From positions 10,243 through 74,242 of IMG/VR virus record IMGVR_UViG_3300034111_000674: a DNA stretch of 64,000 nt; one strand, written 5' to 3'. The translations under genes were made by a program, and so were the position numbers. Below the pieces are notes generated by a model, which did not search any database, was not told where the DNA came from, and saw only the letters and a list, made by a program, of their open reading frames with translations. Shown here in pieces: positions 1 through 9,484 of this stretch. The DNA comes from a virus. Taxonomy: Duplodnaviria; Caudoviricetes. Position 1 is the stretch's first letter, and each line of letters opens with the position of its first letter.

Positions 1-1
1 C

Positions 2-40
2 GAACTGGGAAACTTTCAGAGCAGCAGTACAAAGAAGTAG
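2..40 (+). CDS. Tail assembly chaperone, C-terminal fragment (5' truncated by window)
   Basis: Frame 2 reads ELGNFQSSSTKK* (TAG 38-40); lies upstream of the tape measure gene and contains the slippery heptamer. Confidence 0.65.
   Translation, partial: ELGNFQSSSTKK
7..13 (+). other. Programmed -1 ribosomal frameshift site G GGA AAC
   Basis: Canonical X XXY YYZ heptamer in the 0-frame of the chaperone; the -1 frame is open from here to 399. Confidence 0.75.
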
Positions 41-399
41 TAGATAGTTTAAAAAACTATTTAGAAAATTCAAAAGTGGGCATGACAAGAGATCAATACC
101 TTGAAATGTGCGAAATGATGAACAGTGCCCCCAAGGATTCAGAAATACCACTAGAATTTTCAGATCTTGTATTGGAAGCTCAAGAAGTATTACAGATCTA
201 CAATATACTGCAAGATCAATGGGACTACATGGGCGGCAACTATATAGGTAAAAATTATACTTATATTGATGCAGTCTTCCAGATCTACAATGTAGATCTG
301 GAGTTGAGAAAAACGTACCTTGAGTTATTGGTAGTAATAGATAACACACGCCAAAAGCAGATCCAAGACAGTAAGCCAAAAGACAACAAAGCCCGCTAA
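7..399 (+). CDS. Tail assembly chaperone frameshift extension (lambda gpGT-like); track ORF 76..399 is its 3' part
   Basis: Frame 1 is open from position 1 (GKLSEQQYKEVVDSLKNYLENSKVGMTRDQY...); located just before the TMP. Confidence 0.7.
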   Translation, partial: GKLSEQQYKEVVDSLKNYLENSKVGMTRDQYLEMCEMMNSAPKDSEIPLEFSDLVLEAQEVLQIYNILQDQWDYMGGNYIGKNYTYIDAVFQIYNVDLELRKTYLELLVVIDNTRQKQIQDSKPKDNKAR

Positions 400-413
400 A
401 TGCGGGCTTTTTT
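388..413 (+). terminator. Rho-independent terminator
   Basis: AAAGCCCGC-TAAAT-GCGGGCTTT followed by T tract. Confidence 0.85.
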
Positions 414-436
414 GTTTGCCAAGAAAAAATTACTGC

Positions 437-465
437 TTGACAAAGTACCCCAGCAGTGGTATAAT
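437..465 (+). promoter_or_regulatory. sigma70 promoter for tape measure/tail tip operon
   Basis: TTGACA-N17-TATAAT perfect consensus. Confidence 0.9.
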
Positions 466-516
466 TTGTAGGTCTTGAGTATAGAACGCTCAAATTTTTT
501 ATTGCCAGGAGAATTT

Positions 517-3500
517 ATGGCAGATAATAGCAGTACATTTACCCTCCGAGTTAAAACAGAGGGCATGCAAGAGGCCAAGCAGGACTCTCAAGCCATCAGA
601 AATAATCTAGAAGGTGCCCAAAAAGCAGCTTCTGGCACAGCTTCGTCCAAAAGAATGGCCAGTAGTGCTGCCGCACAGCCAACGGGCAAGGCAGGAGCGT
701 CTGCTGGAGTTTTTACTGGCCAAGAGGTAGAAAACTACAATCGGGCCCGTGGTGCAGCTGGTGCAGCTGGCGGTACTGCTCGTGACTTTGCAGACCAAGC
801 CCGTGGGCTTGGTGGATTGGTGCGTCTGTACGCAACTGTTGCAGCTAATGCATTTGCTGCCGCGGCAGCTTTTGGTGCTTTAAGCCGAGCTATGGATACC
901 AGCAACATGGTCAAAGGATTGGACCAGCTCGGTGCAGCCAGTGGTGTAGCTCTGGGCAATTTGAGCAAGAGACTGTTCTTAGCCACAGATGGTGCAGTCA
1001 GTCTACGTGAAGCTATGGAAGCCACAGCTAAAGCTACTGGAGCAGGTCTTAGTACTGACCAGATCCTAAAATTGGGCGAAGTGGCAAAGAAAGCCTCACA
1101 GACCCTAGGCGTAAACATGACAGACGCGTTGAGTCGGTTAAGTCGCGGTATTACAAAATTAGAGCCTGAACTATTAGACGAACTGGGCATTTTCGTAAAG
1201 ATTGACGATGCCGCATCAAAGTACGCTCTTAGCGTTGGCAAGAGCACTAGTGCCCTAACAGATTTTGAACGTCGTCAGGCTTTTGCGAATGCTGTGTTGG
1301 ATCAGGGCAATAAAAAGTTCGGTGAAATAAATATTGACATCAATCCCTACACAAAACTAGCAGCCACTTTTCAAAACCTAACACAAACCATCCTTGAGTT
1401 TATAAACAAGGGGTTAGCTCCTGTAGCACAAATATTTGCTGATAACTCTGTGTTGCTTGGCGCGGCTTTTGCTTTTATAGCTACCAAAGTTTTAAAAATG
1501 GCTATTCCCGCATTGGGCGAGTGGCAAAGCCAACTGGTAAAAACTGCGCAAACCGCAAAAGAAAAAGCGCAAGCAATAAATACTGCATTCGGTGAGGCTT
1601 GGGTAGATCGTTGGGAAACTCGGTTAAAACTTCCCGAACTTAGAGCAGGTGTTAAAGTTGCCACAGATGAATTAAAAAAAGTTGCACTACCTGCTGATGC
1701 TAGTAAAAATGTACAAGCAGGATACCAAACGTTATTACGCGGCGAGGAGCTTTCTAAGACTCAGTTAACTGCAACAACTCGTGCAATGAGTATCAAGAAG
1801 AAAGAGTTAGAAGCTCTTGGGGACGCACAAGACAAACAAAGCAAGAAACAAAAATTAGCTTTAGAAAGAGAAATTAGTAGCTTAGAAAGAATCATAGCTC
1901 TTAATAAACAAAGACAGGCATTAAGCTTAGCAGAAGGCAAAATAGAAACAGCAGCTGGAGCACAGCCGGGCATTCTAAGTGGAGAAGCTGCTAGAAATAG
2001 AATAGCAAAAGGAGCATCCACTACCGCTATAGCCCTTGCAGAATTGGCAGCAATACCAAGCCAAACCATGGAAAAAGGCTTTATGGATGCCATGAAAAAC
2101 ATGAAGGCCAATCTTGAAAAGCAGGGAGTTGGGTTTGTCAAACGTTGGTCTACCTTGGCAGTTGGAGCTCTTGCCAGTGCTACTGCTGCCATAGGAACAT
2201 TTGTAGCCTCCATTACAATGTGGATTGGTGTATTTATGGCTGTTGGTTTCGCTATCTATGGGGCATTAAAGTATTTTAGTGCTACTAAGAAAGAAAGTGA
2301 ACTAACAGCGGAAGCAATAACCAGATTAGAAGACGCATCAAAGAGTGCGGCACTTACCTTGGAAAAGTTGTCGATGTCTAAAGATCCGTTGGAGTCTTTG
2401 AGCGTTCAGACAATCCAGGCCAGAGCAAACGCACTAAAAGAGTTGGGAGACAGTGCAGCACTAGCAGTTAAGAGAGCCTTTGATGAAATATCAAAGATGA
2501 ATGCGGGTGACAAGCTTTTAAACTTTGTTTCCAAATTATGGAGCGGAGACGTACAAACAAAACTTTCCGAAGGCCTGGCCGACAGCATTAAAAACTCTTT
2601 TAGACTAGCAGAAGATACAAAACTTACTCAAGAAGCTAAAAAATCGATAGAGGCCATACTTGGTACATCTGTTCAAAGTGCTAACTTGGAACAGGTAATT
2701 AAAAAGGTCGCCGCTAGTGGAGATGATGGAAAATTAAAAGAAATAGTAAAAATTATTGAAAACATGGGAAATGCAGCAGCTGTAAGTGCTGCAAAAGGTA
2801 CAGAACTAAAAGAAAGTTTTGCAAAAGTTACCACAGGTATTCAGGAATTTAATAAGAGTATACTACCAACCGATAGCCTTTCAAAGATAGCTCAAGACAG
2901 TGCTGTAGCAGCCCAAAAGTTGGGCGTGGCCTTAGCCGATCCAGTGCAAGCCTTAACAGCAATGAAAGACATTTCTGGCAACATAGATATGTTGAGTATC
3001 TTTCCTGCTGATGTTGCTAAAACTTTGATGAGCTATAATACTGAATTAACAAACATAGTTCAAAGAACAGCAGATGCCAAAAAAGCTACAGAAGCTTACG
3101 ACAAACAGATAATAGAACTAAGCAAAGATATAAAAACACTTGGTCAAAACTACCAACCAGGAAGTGAAACAGAAGCAAGAGTTAATGAAATAAAGAGACA
3201 AATTGAAGAATTAGAAGGCAAAAAAGTACAGCTACGGGTTGAAATACAAACTGATACTGGTGCTATAAGAGGTGTTTTTGATCAGGCAGTAAGAGCCAGT
3301 TTAATTACTTCAGCAGATATGATGGCTGCAAGATTAGCGGCTGAAATAAGTAAAGCACAAACTGTTGTAAAAGGTGCGTTGGCTGGCTTACTAGGAGATA
3401 CTGTAGGTGGTATTAGACAAAGAGCAGAAATAGAAAAAGAAGGAATCCGTGCAAGCATGGAGGTAACCCGTCAAAGTTTCAATTTAGCTAACAAAATGGA

Positions 3501-6500
3501 AGAGCTAAAGATTGAAATGGAGCGTAAGAGACTTCAAGATGAAAAGCTATTCCTTGAAACCAAAAAAGTACAGTTTGGCATATCAGAAGAAGAAGAAACT
3601 AAATTAAAGAATATCGGCAGCAGACTCCTAAACTTAGACAGACAGGAAAACATAGTAAAAGGCAGGGGATCACAAAGTTCCCAACAATTGGCCAGACAAG
3701 GAGCTGATGCAGATGTAATAGCCTTACAACAACGTTTTGAAGGTTTCAGAACAAGTTTAGCAGGTGCAGCTGCAAGTACAAAAGCAATCGATATAAAAGC
3801 AGAGTACGAAGTAAGAAGAAAAGTTTTTGAATTAAACCAAAAAGATTTTCAACTACAAGTAGACGCCGCAAACAAACAAAAAGATATAGCCTCTATAGTT
3901 AGTGGTATTTATGGTATTGAAAATCAAAGTGCTCTAAACGCAAAGATACAAGCCGAAAACACTGCCCAACAACTAACCGATGAAAAAACTAGAAGAGCTT
4001 TAGTAGAAGCGACAGATGAAAAAGCCGATCTATATGTAAGAGCATTAAATGAGGCTTCCAAAGCAAAGGGCAAACTAACCAAGCAACAAGAAAAAGAATT
4101 AGAAAATTTTAAGTTAGCACTAATAGAATCCGGCAGAGAAGTAGACAGATTTGACGAGGGATTAAAACTTCGCACTGAGCTCAAAAAAGTCAATGATGAT
4201 ATTCAAAAACAACAAAGCAAATCTGCAGGACTTGAAAAGGAAGCAGAATTTCAACAAACAAGCTTAAAAAATGCCGAAGAATTGGCAAAAATCTCCATTG
4301 ACAGTAAGAAACAAGAATTTGATGCTCTTGTTGCCGCAGGTAGACTTAGTGAAGAATATGCTGCTAATAGATTGGCTGATATTGCAGCTGAAACTCAAGC
4401 ATTGGCTGTTCAATCACAACTAAGAGAGGCAGCCGCAGTACGTGATGCAGCTCTGAGAGCAGCATTAAGTAAAGCTGCACAGGCAGAAATTGCTGGTGAA
4501 GATCAGGAGTCAATTACTGCCATTCGAGTTGCTGAAGAAACCCGAGCTATAGAAGCATACAACGCTAAAAAAGTAGCAATAGATGCAGCAAATAGGTCTG
4601 CAACTCGAGCTATTGAAATTACAAAACAGCAGAGCCTAGAAACAGCCAAACAAAACGAAGAACTCAAAAAGCAAGCAGAGATCCTAGGACTTTTCGAAGG
4701 CATTGCAGACACTCTAGGACAAGCATTTGGTAAGGCCGGTGAAGTGTTGGGTAAGTTTGTGGGTACTATTAGTCAAATAATTGACAACCAAGAAACCTAC
4801 AACAAAAAACGCGCTGAGCAATCTAGAATTATTGATGAAGTAGCCGAAAAAGAAAAATCTGGTTATCTAAGTGCTGATGACGTCGCCAAGATGAATCAGG
4901 CAACTAAAACTCGTAATGACTTGGACAAGAAAAACGCCAAAGACGAACTAACTAACAACGCAAAAATTTTGGGCAGCGCTAAAACCTTATTCAAAGAAAA
5001 AACAGCTGCTTATAAGATACTTTCAGGCATGGAAAAAGCTATGCACATTGCCAGATTGGTAATGGATGCCAAAGAACTTGCTTCAAATTTTGCCAAAACT
5101 GGTGTATCTTTAGTAGAGTCTGGTAAAAGAATGTTTGCCTATGGACAAGAAGCTATTACATCAGCACTTAGGCTACCACCTCCTGCAGGTTTTATAGCCG
5201 GAGCAGCAATGGCAGCTATTGTTGCCAGTATAATTGGTAAAACTATCGGTGGCAGCGTGTCAGCACCCGCACCTGGAAGCTCATCAGCCGATCGCCAAGA
5301 AACCCAAGGAACTGGAATGGCTTGGAGAGAGGGCCAAAAAGTTGAAACTGGTGGCGGAGTGTTTGGGGATTCAGAGGCCAAGAGTAACTCTATAAGAGAT
5401 TCCTTGGAAATGATCAAGGACAACTCTGTAGACGGCTTGAGCTATAATAACGAAATGGTGAACCTACTCACTAGTATTGATAAAAATATTGGCAAAGCTG
5501 CTGTAGGATTATTTGGTGTAAAAGGGCTACGAGCAAATACCGCGTTTGGCACTGTTGAAGGCACTAAGAGTGGTGGCGGTCTATTTGGCACCGGACTGTT
5601 TGCCAGTAAAACAACTAGTCAAATCACAGACAGTGGTATTTTAGTCAAAGGTACTTTTAGACAGTTAGCTGGTGAAATAGACGGTGCAGTTGTTCAATTG
5701 TACGAAGACGTAACTAAAACCAAGAAAACTTGGTACGGAAGAACTAAATCTTGGACTGAGAGAAGCACTACAGAAATGCCACAGGCATTACAGTATATAA
5801 ATGACATATTTTCTCAAAGCACTGAACTATTTATCAACTTAGGATCTAAATTAGATATGGGATCCGAACAGATCTATGCTGCATTAGACAATATGGGTTC
5901 AATAGATTTTGAAGGCTCTCTGCGCGGTTTAAAGGGTGAAGATTTTGAAAATGAACTTCAGGCATTAATAAGCACACAATTGGGCAATGCTTCTAGGGCT
6001 ATTTTTGGTACCCTAGTCGACGAGTTTAAGCAGTTTGGTGAAGATGCATTACAAACAGTTATTAGAGTACTTGATCAGACTGAAAAAGTCAACCAAGTAC
6101 TTAAAAATCTCAACGTAGCAGCTCCAACAGACAGATTACAAAATATCAGATTCGCTGATACTTTGGTAGAATTATCTGGTGGCATAGAAGAGTTTGTAAG
6201 CCAAAACAAGTTCTTTACTGAAAACTTTTTAACTGATGCTGAAAGACTAGCACCAATACAAAAAGCAGTAACAGAAGAACTTGGTCGTTTGAACCTGAGT
6301 TTTGTCGATACCAGAGAAGAGTTCAAAGCCCAAGTAATAGCGGCTTTAGCATTAGGTGATGCGGGTGCTGAACTATACACCGCACTGATGAGGTTAGCCC
6401 CAGGCTTTGCAGAAGTTACAAAAGAAGCCAAAGCTGCAACTGCTGAATTATCTGCCGAAGACCTAGTGGCTAAAATCAATCAAACCAGAGTTAAAGCCCT

Positions 6501-7716
6501 GCAAATTCAAGCTCAGATTTCCGGAAGAGAAGCAGACGCTTTAGCGGTAGTAACCCTACAACGTGAATTAGAATTAGCTGAACTAGATAAGTATCCAGAA
6601 GTTCAAAGAAACATCCTAAAGAACAATCAAAATTATATTTATGCTCTTGAAGATGAACTGGCGGCAAAAGAAAAGCTGGTAAAAAGAAGAGATCTATTAA
6701 AGAATACAATAAATACATTAACAAAGTCAATAGAAACACTGGCTGCTTATAAAAATACTTTGTTATTGGGTGACACTTCGGTGTTGTTGCCCGTAGACAA
6801 GTATCAACAAGCCAAAACACAGTTTGAAGATTTATTGACTACTATCAATAAAACACCAGGCACTGAAGCTGAAAAATCTGCACAACTAGAGGCAGTGAAT
6901 AAGTTACCACAAGTTGCTGATTCCTTCCTACAGGCCTCGAGAATTATTAATGCTAGTAGTGGCCAGTATACAAGTGATTTCAAAAGTGTTACAGATGCTT
7001 TAGATCAAACTAGCGGTGTACTAACGGGTCAAAAAACCGACGCTGAACTGCAGTTAGAAGCAATAAAAGAGCAAGCAATAATATTAGATAATATAGCAGA
7101 AAGCTCAGCTACTACTGCTGATTTAATAGAAAAGTACTTAAATGCTGTAAATGTACGTAATGAGACCGGAAGTACACTAGGACCACCTAGCCCAACCGGT
7201 ACCAATACTACTCCTTTAGATACTTCAGTAGCCAACGCTTTAACTGCTTTGGCAACAGAGTTTAAGAACTTTAAGGAGTCCATGATGGGTGCTGAAGGTT
7301 TTCCAAGTATCAAAACTGCTTTAACTGGAACAGGCGGAGTTAAAGACGCTCTAACTGGAACAGGCGGAGTTAAAGACGCTCTAACTGGAACAGGCGGAGT
7401 TAAAGACGCCCTAACTGGAACAGGCGGAGTTAAAGACGCCCTAACTGGAACAGGCGGAGTTAAAGACGCCCTAACTGGAACAAACGGAGTTGTAGCCGCA
7501 GTAACAGATGTTAGTAAAGAAATAAAAATTACTAGAAATGCCGATGTTGCTCAAACAAGTGCCCTTGTAGATACAATTGCTACTAGTTCTCAGTCAGTTG
7601 CAACCGCAGTTGTAGACACAGCCAACAACACTACTAGTTACCAAGACTATAGTACTAGAACACAAGTAATAATTGGTAGGTATGGGTTGGATAAGTATGT
7701 TATAAACCAACCATAG
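517..7716 (+). CDS. Tail tape measure protein (~2399 aa; start re-assigned from 475 to ATG 517)
   Basis: AGGAG SD at 507-511; long Ala/Lys/Glu helical protein; N-terminal ARGLGGLVRLYATVAAN resembles T5 pb2-type TMPs; follows chaperone. Confidence 0.9.
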   Translation: MADNSSTFTLRVKTEGMQEAKQDSQAIRNNLEGAQKAASGTASSKRMASSAAAQPTGKAGASAGVFTGQEVENYNRARGAAGAAGGTARDFADQARGLGGLVRLYATVAANAFAAAAAFGALSRAMDTSNMVKGLDQLGAASGVALGNLSKRLFLATDGAVSLREAMEATAKATGAGLSTDQILKLGEVAKKASQTLGVNMTDALSRLSRGITKLEPELLDELGIFVKIDDAASKYALSVGKSTSALTDFERRQAFANAVLDQGNKKFGEINIDINPYTKLAATFQNLTQTILEFINKGLAPVAQIFADNSVLLGAAFAFIATKVLKMAIPALGEWQSQLVKTAQTAKEKAQAINTAFGEAWVDRWETRLKLPELRAGVKVATDELKKVALPADASKNVQAGYQTLLRGEELSKTQLTATTRAMSIKKKELEALGDAQDKQSKKQKLALEREISSLERIIALNKQRQALSLAEGKIETAAGAQPGILSGEAARNRIAKGASTTAIALAELAAIPSQTMEKGFMDAMKNMKANLEKQGVGFVKRWSTLAVGALASATAAIGTFVASITMWIGVFMAVGFAIYGALKYFSATKKESELTAEAITRLEDASKSAALTLEKLSMSKDPLESLSVQTIQARANALKELGDSAALAVKRAFDEISKMNAGDKLLNFVSKLWSGDVQTKLSEGLADSIKNSFRLAEDTKLTQEAKKSIEAILGTSVQSANLEQVIKKVAASGDDGKLKEIVKIIENMGNAAAVSAAKGTELKESFAKVTTGIQEFNKSILPTDSLSKIAQDSAVAAQKLGVALADPVQALTAMKDISGNIDMLSIFPADVAKTLMSYNTELTNIVQRTADAKKATEAYDKQIIELSKDIKTLGQNYQPGSETEARVNEIKRQIEELEGKKVQLRVEIQTDTGAIRGVFDQAVRASLITSADMMAARLAAEISKAQTVVKGALAGLLGDTVGGIRQRAEIEKEGIRASMEVTRQSFNLANKMEELKIEMERKRLQDEKLFLETKKVQFGISEEEETKLKNIGSRLLNLDRQENIVKGRGSQSSQQLARQGADADVIALQQRFEGFRTSLAGAAASTKAIDIKAEYEVRRKVFELNQKDFQLQVDAANKQKDIASIVSGIYGIENQSALNAKIQAENTAQQLTDEKTRRALVEATDEKADLYVRALNEASKAKGKLTKQQEKELENFKLALIESGREVDRFDEGLKLRTELKKVNDDIQKQQSKSAGLEKEAEFQQTSLKNAEELAKISIDSKKQEFDALVAAGRLSEEYAANRLADIAAETQALAVQSQLREAAAVRDAALRAALSKAAQAEIAGEDQESITAIRVAEETRAIEAYNAKKVAIDAANRSATRAIEITKQQSLETAKQNEELKKQAEILGLFEGIADTLGQAFGKAGEVLGKFVGTISQIIDNQETYNKKRAEQSRIIDEVAEKEKSGYLSADDVAKMNQATKTRNDLDKKNAKDELTNNAKILGSAKTLFKEKTAAYKILSGMEKAMHIARLVMDAKELASNFAKTGVSLVESGKRMFAYGQEAITSALRLPPPAGFIAGAAMAAIVASIIGKTIGGSVSAPAPGSSSADRQETQGTGMAWREGQKVETGGGVFGDSEAKSNSIRDSLEMIKDNSVDGLSYNNEMVNLLTSIDKNIGKAAVGLFGVKGLRANTAFGTVEGTKSGGGLFGTGLFASKTTSQITDSGILVKGTFRQLAGEIDGAVVQLYEDVTKTKKTWYGRTKSWTERSTTEMPQALQYINDIFSQSTELFINLGSKLDMGSEQIYAALDNMGSIDFEGSLRGLKGEDFENELQALISTQLGNASRAIFGTLVDEFKQFGEDALQTVIRVLDQTEKVNQVLKNLNVAAPTDRLQNIRFADTLVELSGGIEEFVSQNKFFTENFLTDAERLAPIQKAVTEELGRLNLSFVDTREEFKAQVIAALALGDAGAELYTALMRLAPGFAEVTKEAKAATAELSAEDLVAKINQTRVKALQIQAQISGREADALAVVTLQRELELAELDKYPEVQRNILKNNQNYIYALEDELAAKEKLVKRRDLLKNTINTLTKSIETLAAYKNTLLLGDTSVLLPVDKYQQAKTQFEDLLTTINKTPGTEAEKSAQLEAVNKLPQVADSFLQASRIINASSGQYTSDFKSVTDALDQTSGVLTGQKTDAELQLEAIKEQAIILDNIAESSATTADLIEKYLNAVNVRNETGSTLGPPSPTGTNTTPLDTSVANALTALATEFKNFKESMMGAEGFPSIKTALTGTGGVKDALTGTGGVKDALTGTGGVKDALTGTGGVKDALTGTGGVKDALTGTNGVVAAVTDVSKEIKITRNADVAQTSALVDTIATSSQSVATAVVDTANNTTSYQDYSTRTQVIIGRYGLDKYVINQP
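7312..7491 (+). repeat. 6 x 30-bp tandem repeat encoding KDALTGTGGV in TMP C-terminus
   Basis: Directly visible near-identical units. Confidence 0.95.
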
Positions 7717-7741
7717 TTTTATATAACAACAAGGAGAAAAA

Positions 7742-9484
7742 ATGCCGTATAGTCAAAATTGGTTGGAAGATCCATCTGCAACGAGAGTAATCCTTGTAGT
7801 TGCTACAATTTATAAAGTTAAAGCACCTGGCATAGGAGACGTAAATCTCTATTTTTCAACAGGTGGGTATAATACTACCGATGGTCTTGCGGTATTTACT
7901 CCTGTGATTGCCAATCGTTTAACCCTTTCAGAGTCGCTGTCGAAAGACGGTGGCTCTGTTGGGATGACTTTTGGTGATATTGAAATTCATAATTTAAATG
8001 GCGAATTAGATATATATCTGGATCCAACAGAATACATATGGAGCAATCGACCTATTAAAATATACTATGGAGATCCAGGCTGGACCTCTACTTTGCCTAA
8101 TTTATCCACAGAGTTCTTGACCATATTTGATGGTATAATGGATGATATAGACAGTAGATTGATCAGAGCTGTCAACATAAAAGTACGAGATAAGCTGGAA
8201 CGGCTAAATGCTCCGGTAATTGAAAATAAGATTGGAACATACGGAACTTGGGCAGGCGGTCAAAAAAATCAAGACCAACTTAGACCAATCATATTTGGAG
8301 AAGTGTTTAATATTACTCCAGTTTTAATCGATCCTCGAAATTTGGAGTATATGGTAAATACCAGTGTTCCAGATCAAGTAGTAGGGATTGCCACAAATGG
8401 TGCCTGTGAAAATATCATAGAAATAAGAGATAATGGTGTTCCTATATACGGAACAGTAAATGCTACCAGTATAATTAGGGGTTCAAAGTACACGATTAAA
8501 ACTCTGGGAACTACAAATTTTGTAAACATAGGTGCCAGTTCTAACACTGTGGGAGTGGAATTTACAGCTACAGGTACAGGTACTGGTAGCGGTACTGCTA
8601 CTATTGCTGGCGCATATGTTGATCTTGCCACAGGAACTTTTAAATTACGAGCACCTCCAGTAGGTACTATTACTGCTAGTGTTCAGGGTATTCAAAAATC
8701 AACAAACCTGTCCTCTGGCGCAGCACAGACTACATATGTAAATACTGTTGCAAATTTAATAGCTACCATAGTAACACAGTTTGGAAAAAGTAGTACTAGA
8801 TTAGGTGCGTCGGATGTAGATTGGACAAACTTTAATACTTTTAATACTACCAATGGGGCTCAGGAAGTAGGGGTTTATTTGGGCGGTACAGAAAACGTAC
8901 TAGTAACATGTCAACAAATAGCCAGTAGTATCGCTAGTCAAATAGTAATGTCTAGGTTGGGTAAGTTGCAGATATATCAATTTGGAGCCACGTCTTCAAC
9001 AGTTTTTACAGATGTTGGAGTAGATGACATGATATTTAATAGTTTAAGTATTTCAAATAGATATGCTGTGCAAGCTGCAGTAAAGTTAGCGTTTGCTAAA
9101 AATTGGACTGTACAAACAGACTTACTAACCAATATACCTTATGCAAATAAAGAAAATCTGGCAACTGAGTGGCTAACAGCAACAGGTAAAGACGAAACCG
9201 TAAAATCTAATTATAAACTAGATGTTGACCCGCTGCAAATAGATACAATGTTGATAAGCGATATAGATGCTTCTGCGGAGGCGTCTAGACTACTAAACTA
9301 TTACAAAACTGTTAGAACATGCTATAAATTTACTGGAAAATCTAAATTATTGAGTTTGACTCTTGGCAGTACTGTAAATTTAAAACATCCAAGATTTAAT
9401 CTCTCTGCTGGTAGGTTGGGTCAAGTTATATCACTAAATCCCGACTGGTTGTCTGGAAGAGTTGAAGTAGAGGTTATTATATAA
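7742..9484 (+). CDS. Putative baseplate hub / tail tip protein (580 aa)
   Basis: Directly after TMP; RPIIFGEVFNITPVLID motif and C-terminal GQVISLNPDWLSGRVEVEV typical of siphophage/GTA-like hub proteins. Confidence 0.6.
   Translation: MPYSQNWLEDPSATRVILVVATIYKVKAPGIGDVNLYFSTGGYNTTDGLAVFTPVIANRLTLSESLSKDGGSVGMTFGDIEIHNLNGELDIYLDPTEYIWSNRPIKIYYGDPGWTSTLPNLSTEFLTIFDGIMDDIDSRLIRAVNIKVRDKLERLNAPVIENKIGTYGTWAGGQKNQDQLRPIIFGEVFNITPVLIDPRNLEYMVNTSVPDQVVGIATNGACENIIEIRDNGVPIYGTVNATSIIRGSKYTIKTLGTTNFVNIGASSNTVGVEFTATGTGTGSGTATIAGAYVDLATGTFKLRAPPVGTITASVQGIQKSTNLSSGAAQTTYVNTVANLIATIVTQFGKSSTRLGASDVDWTNFNTFNTTNGAQEVGVYLGGTENVLVTCQQIASSIASQIVMSRLGKLQIYQFGATSSTVFTDVGVDDMIFNSLSISNRYAVQAAVKLAFAKNWTVQTDLLTNIPYANKENLATEWLTATGKDETVKSNYKLDVDPLQIDTMLISDIDASAEASRLLNYYKTVRTCYKFTGKSKLLSLTLGSTVNLKHPRFNLSAGRLGQVISLNPDWLSGRVEVEVII

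Noticed and set aside
475-516. Track start sites 475, 36156, 39599, 58376, 62858
   Set aside because: Downstream ATGs have SD or overlap coupling, or the extensions run through promoters/terminators
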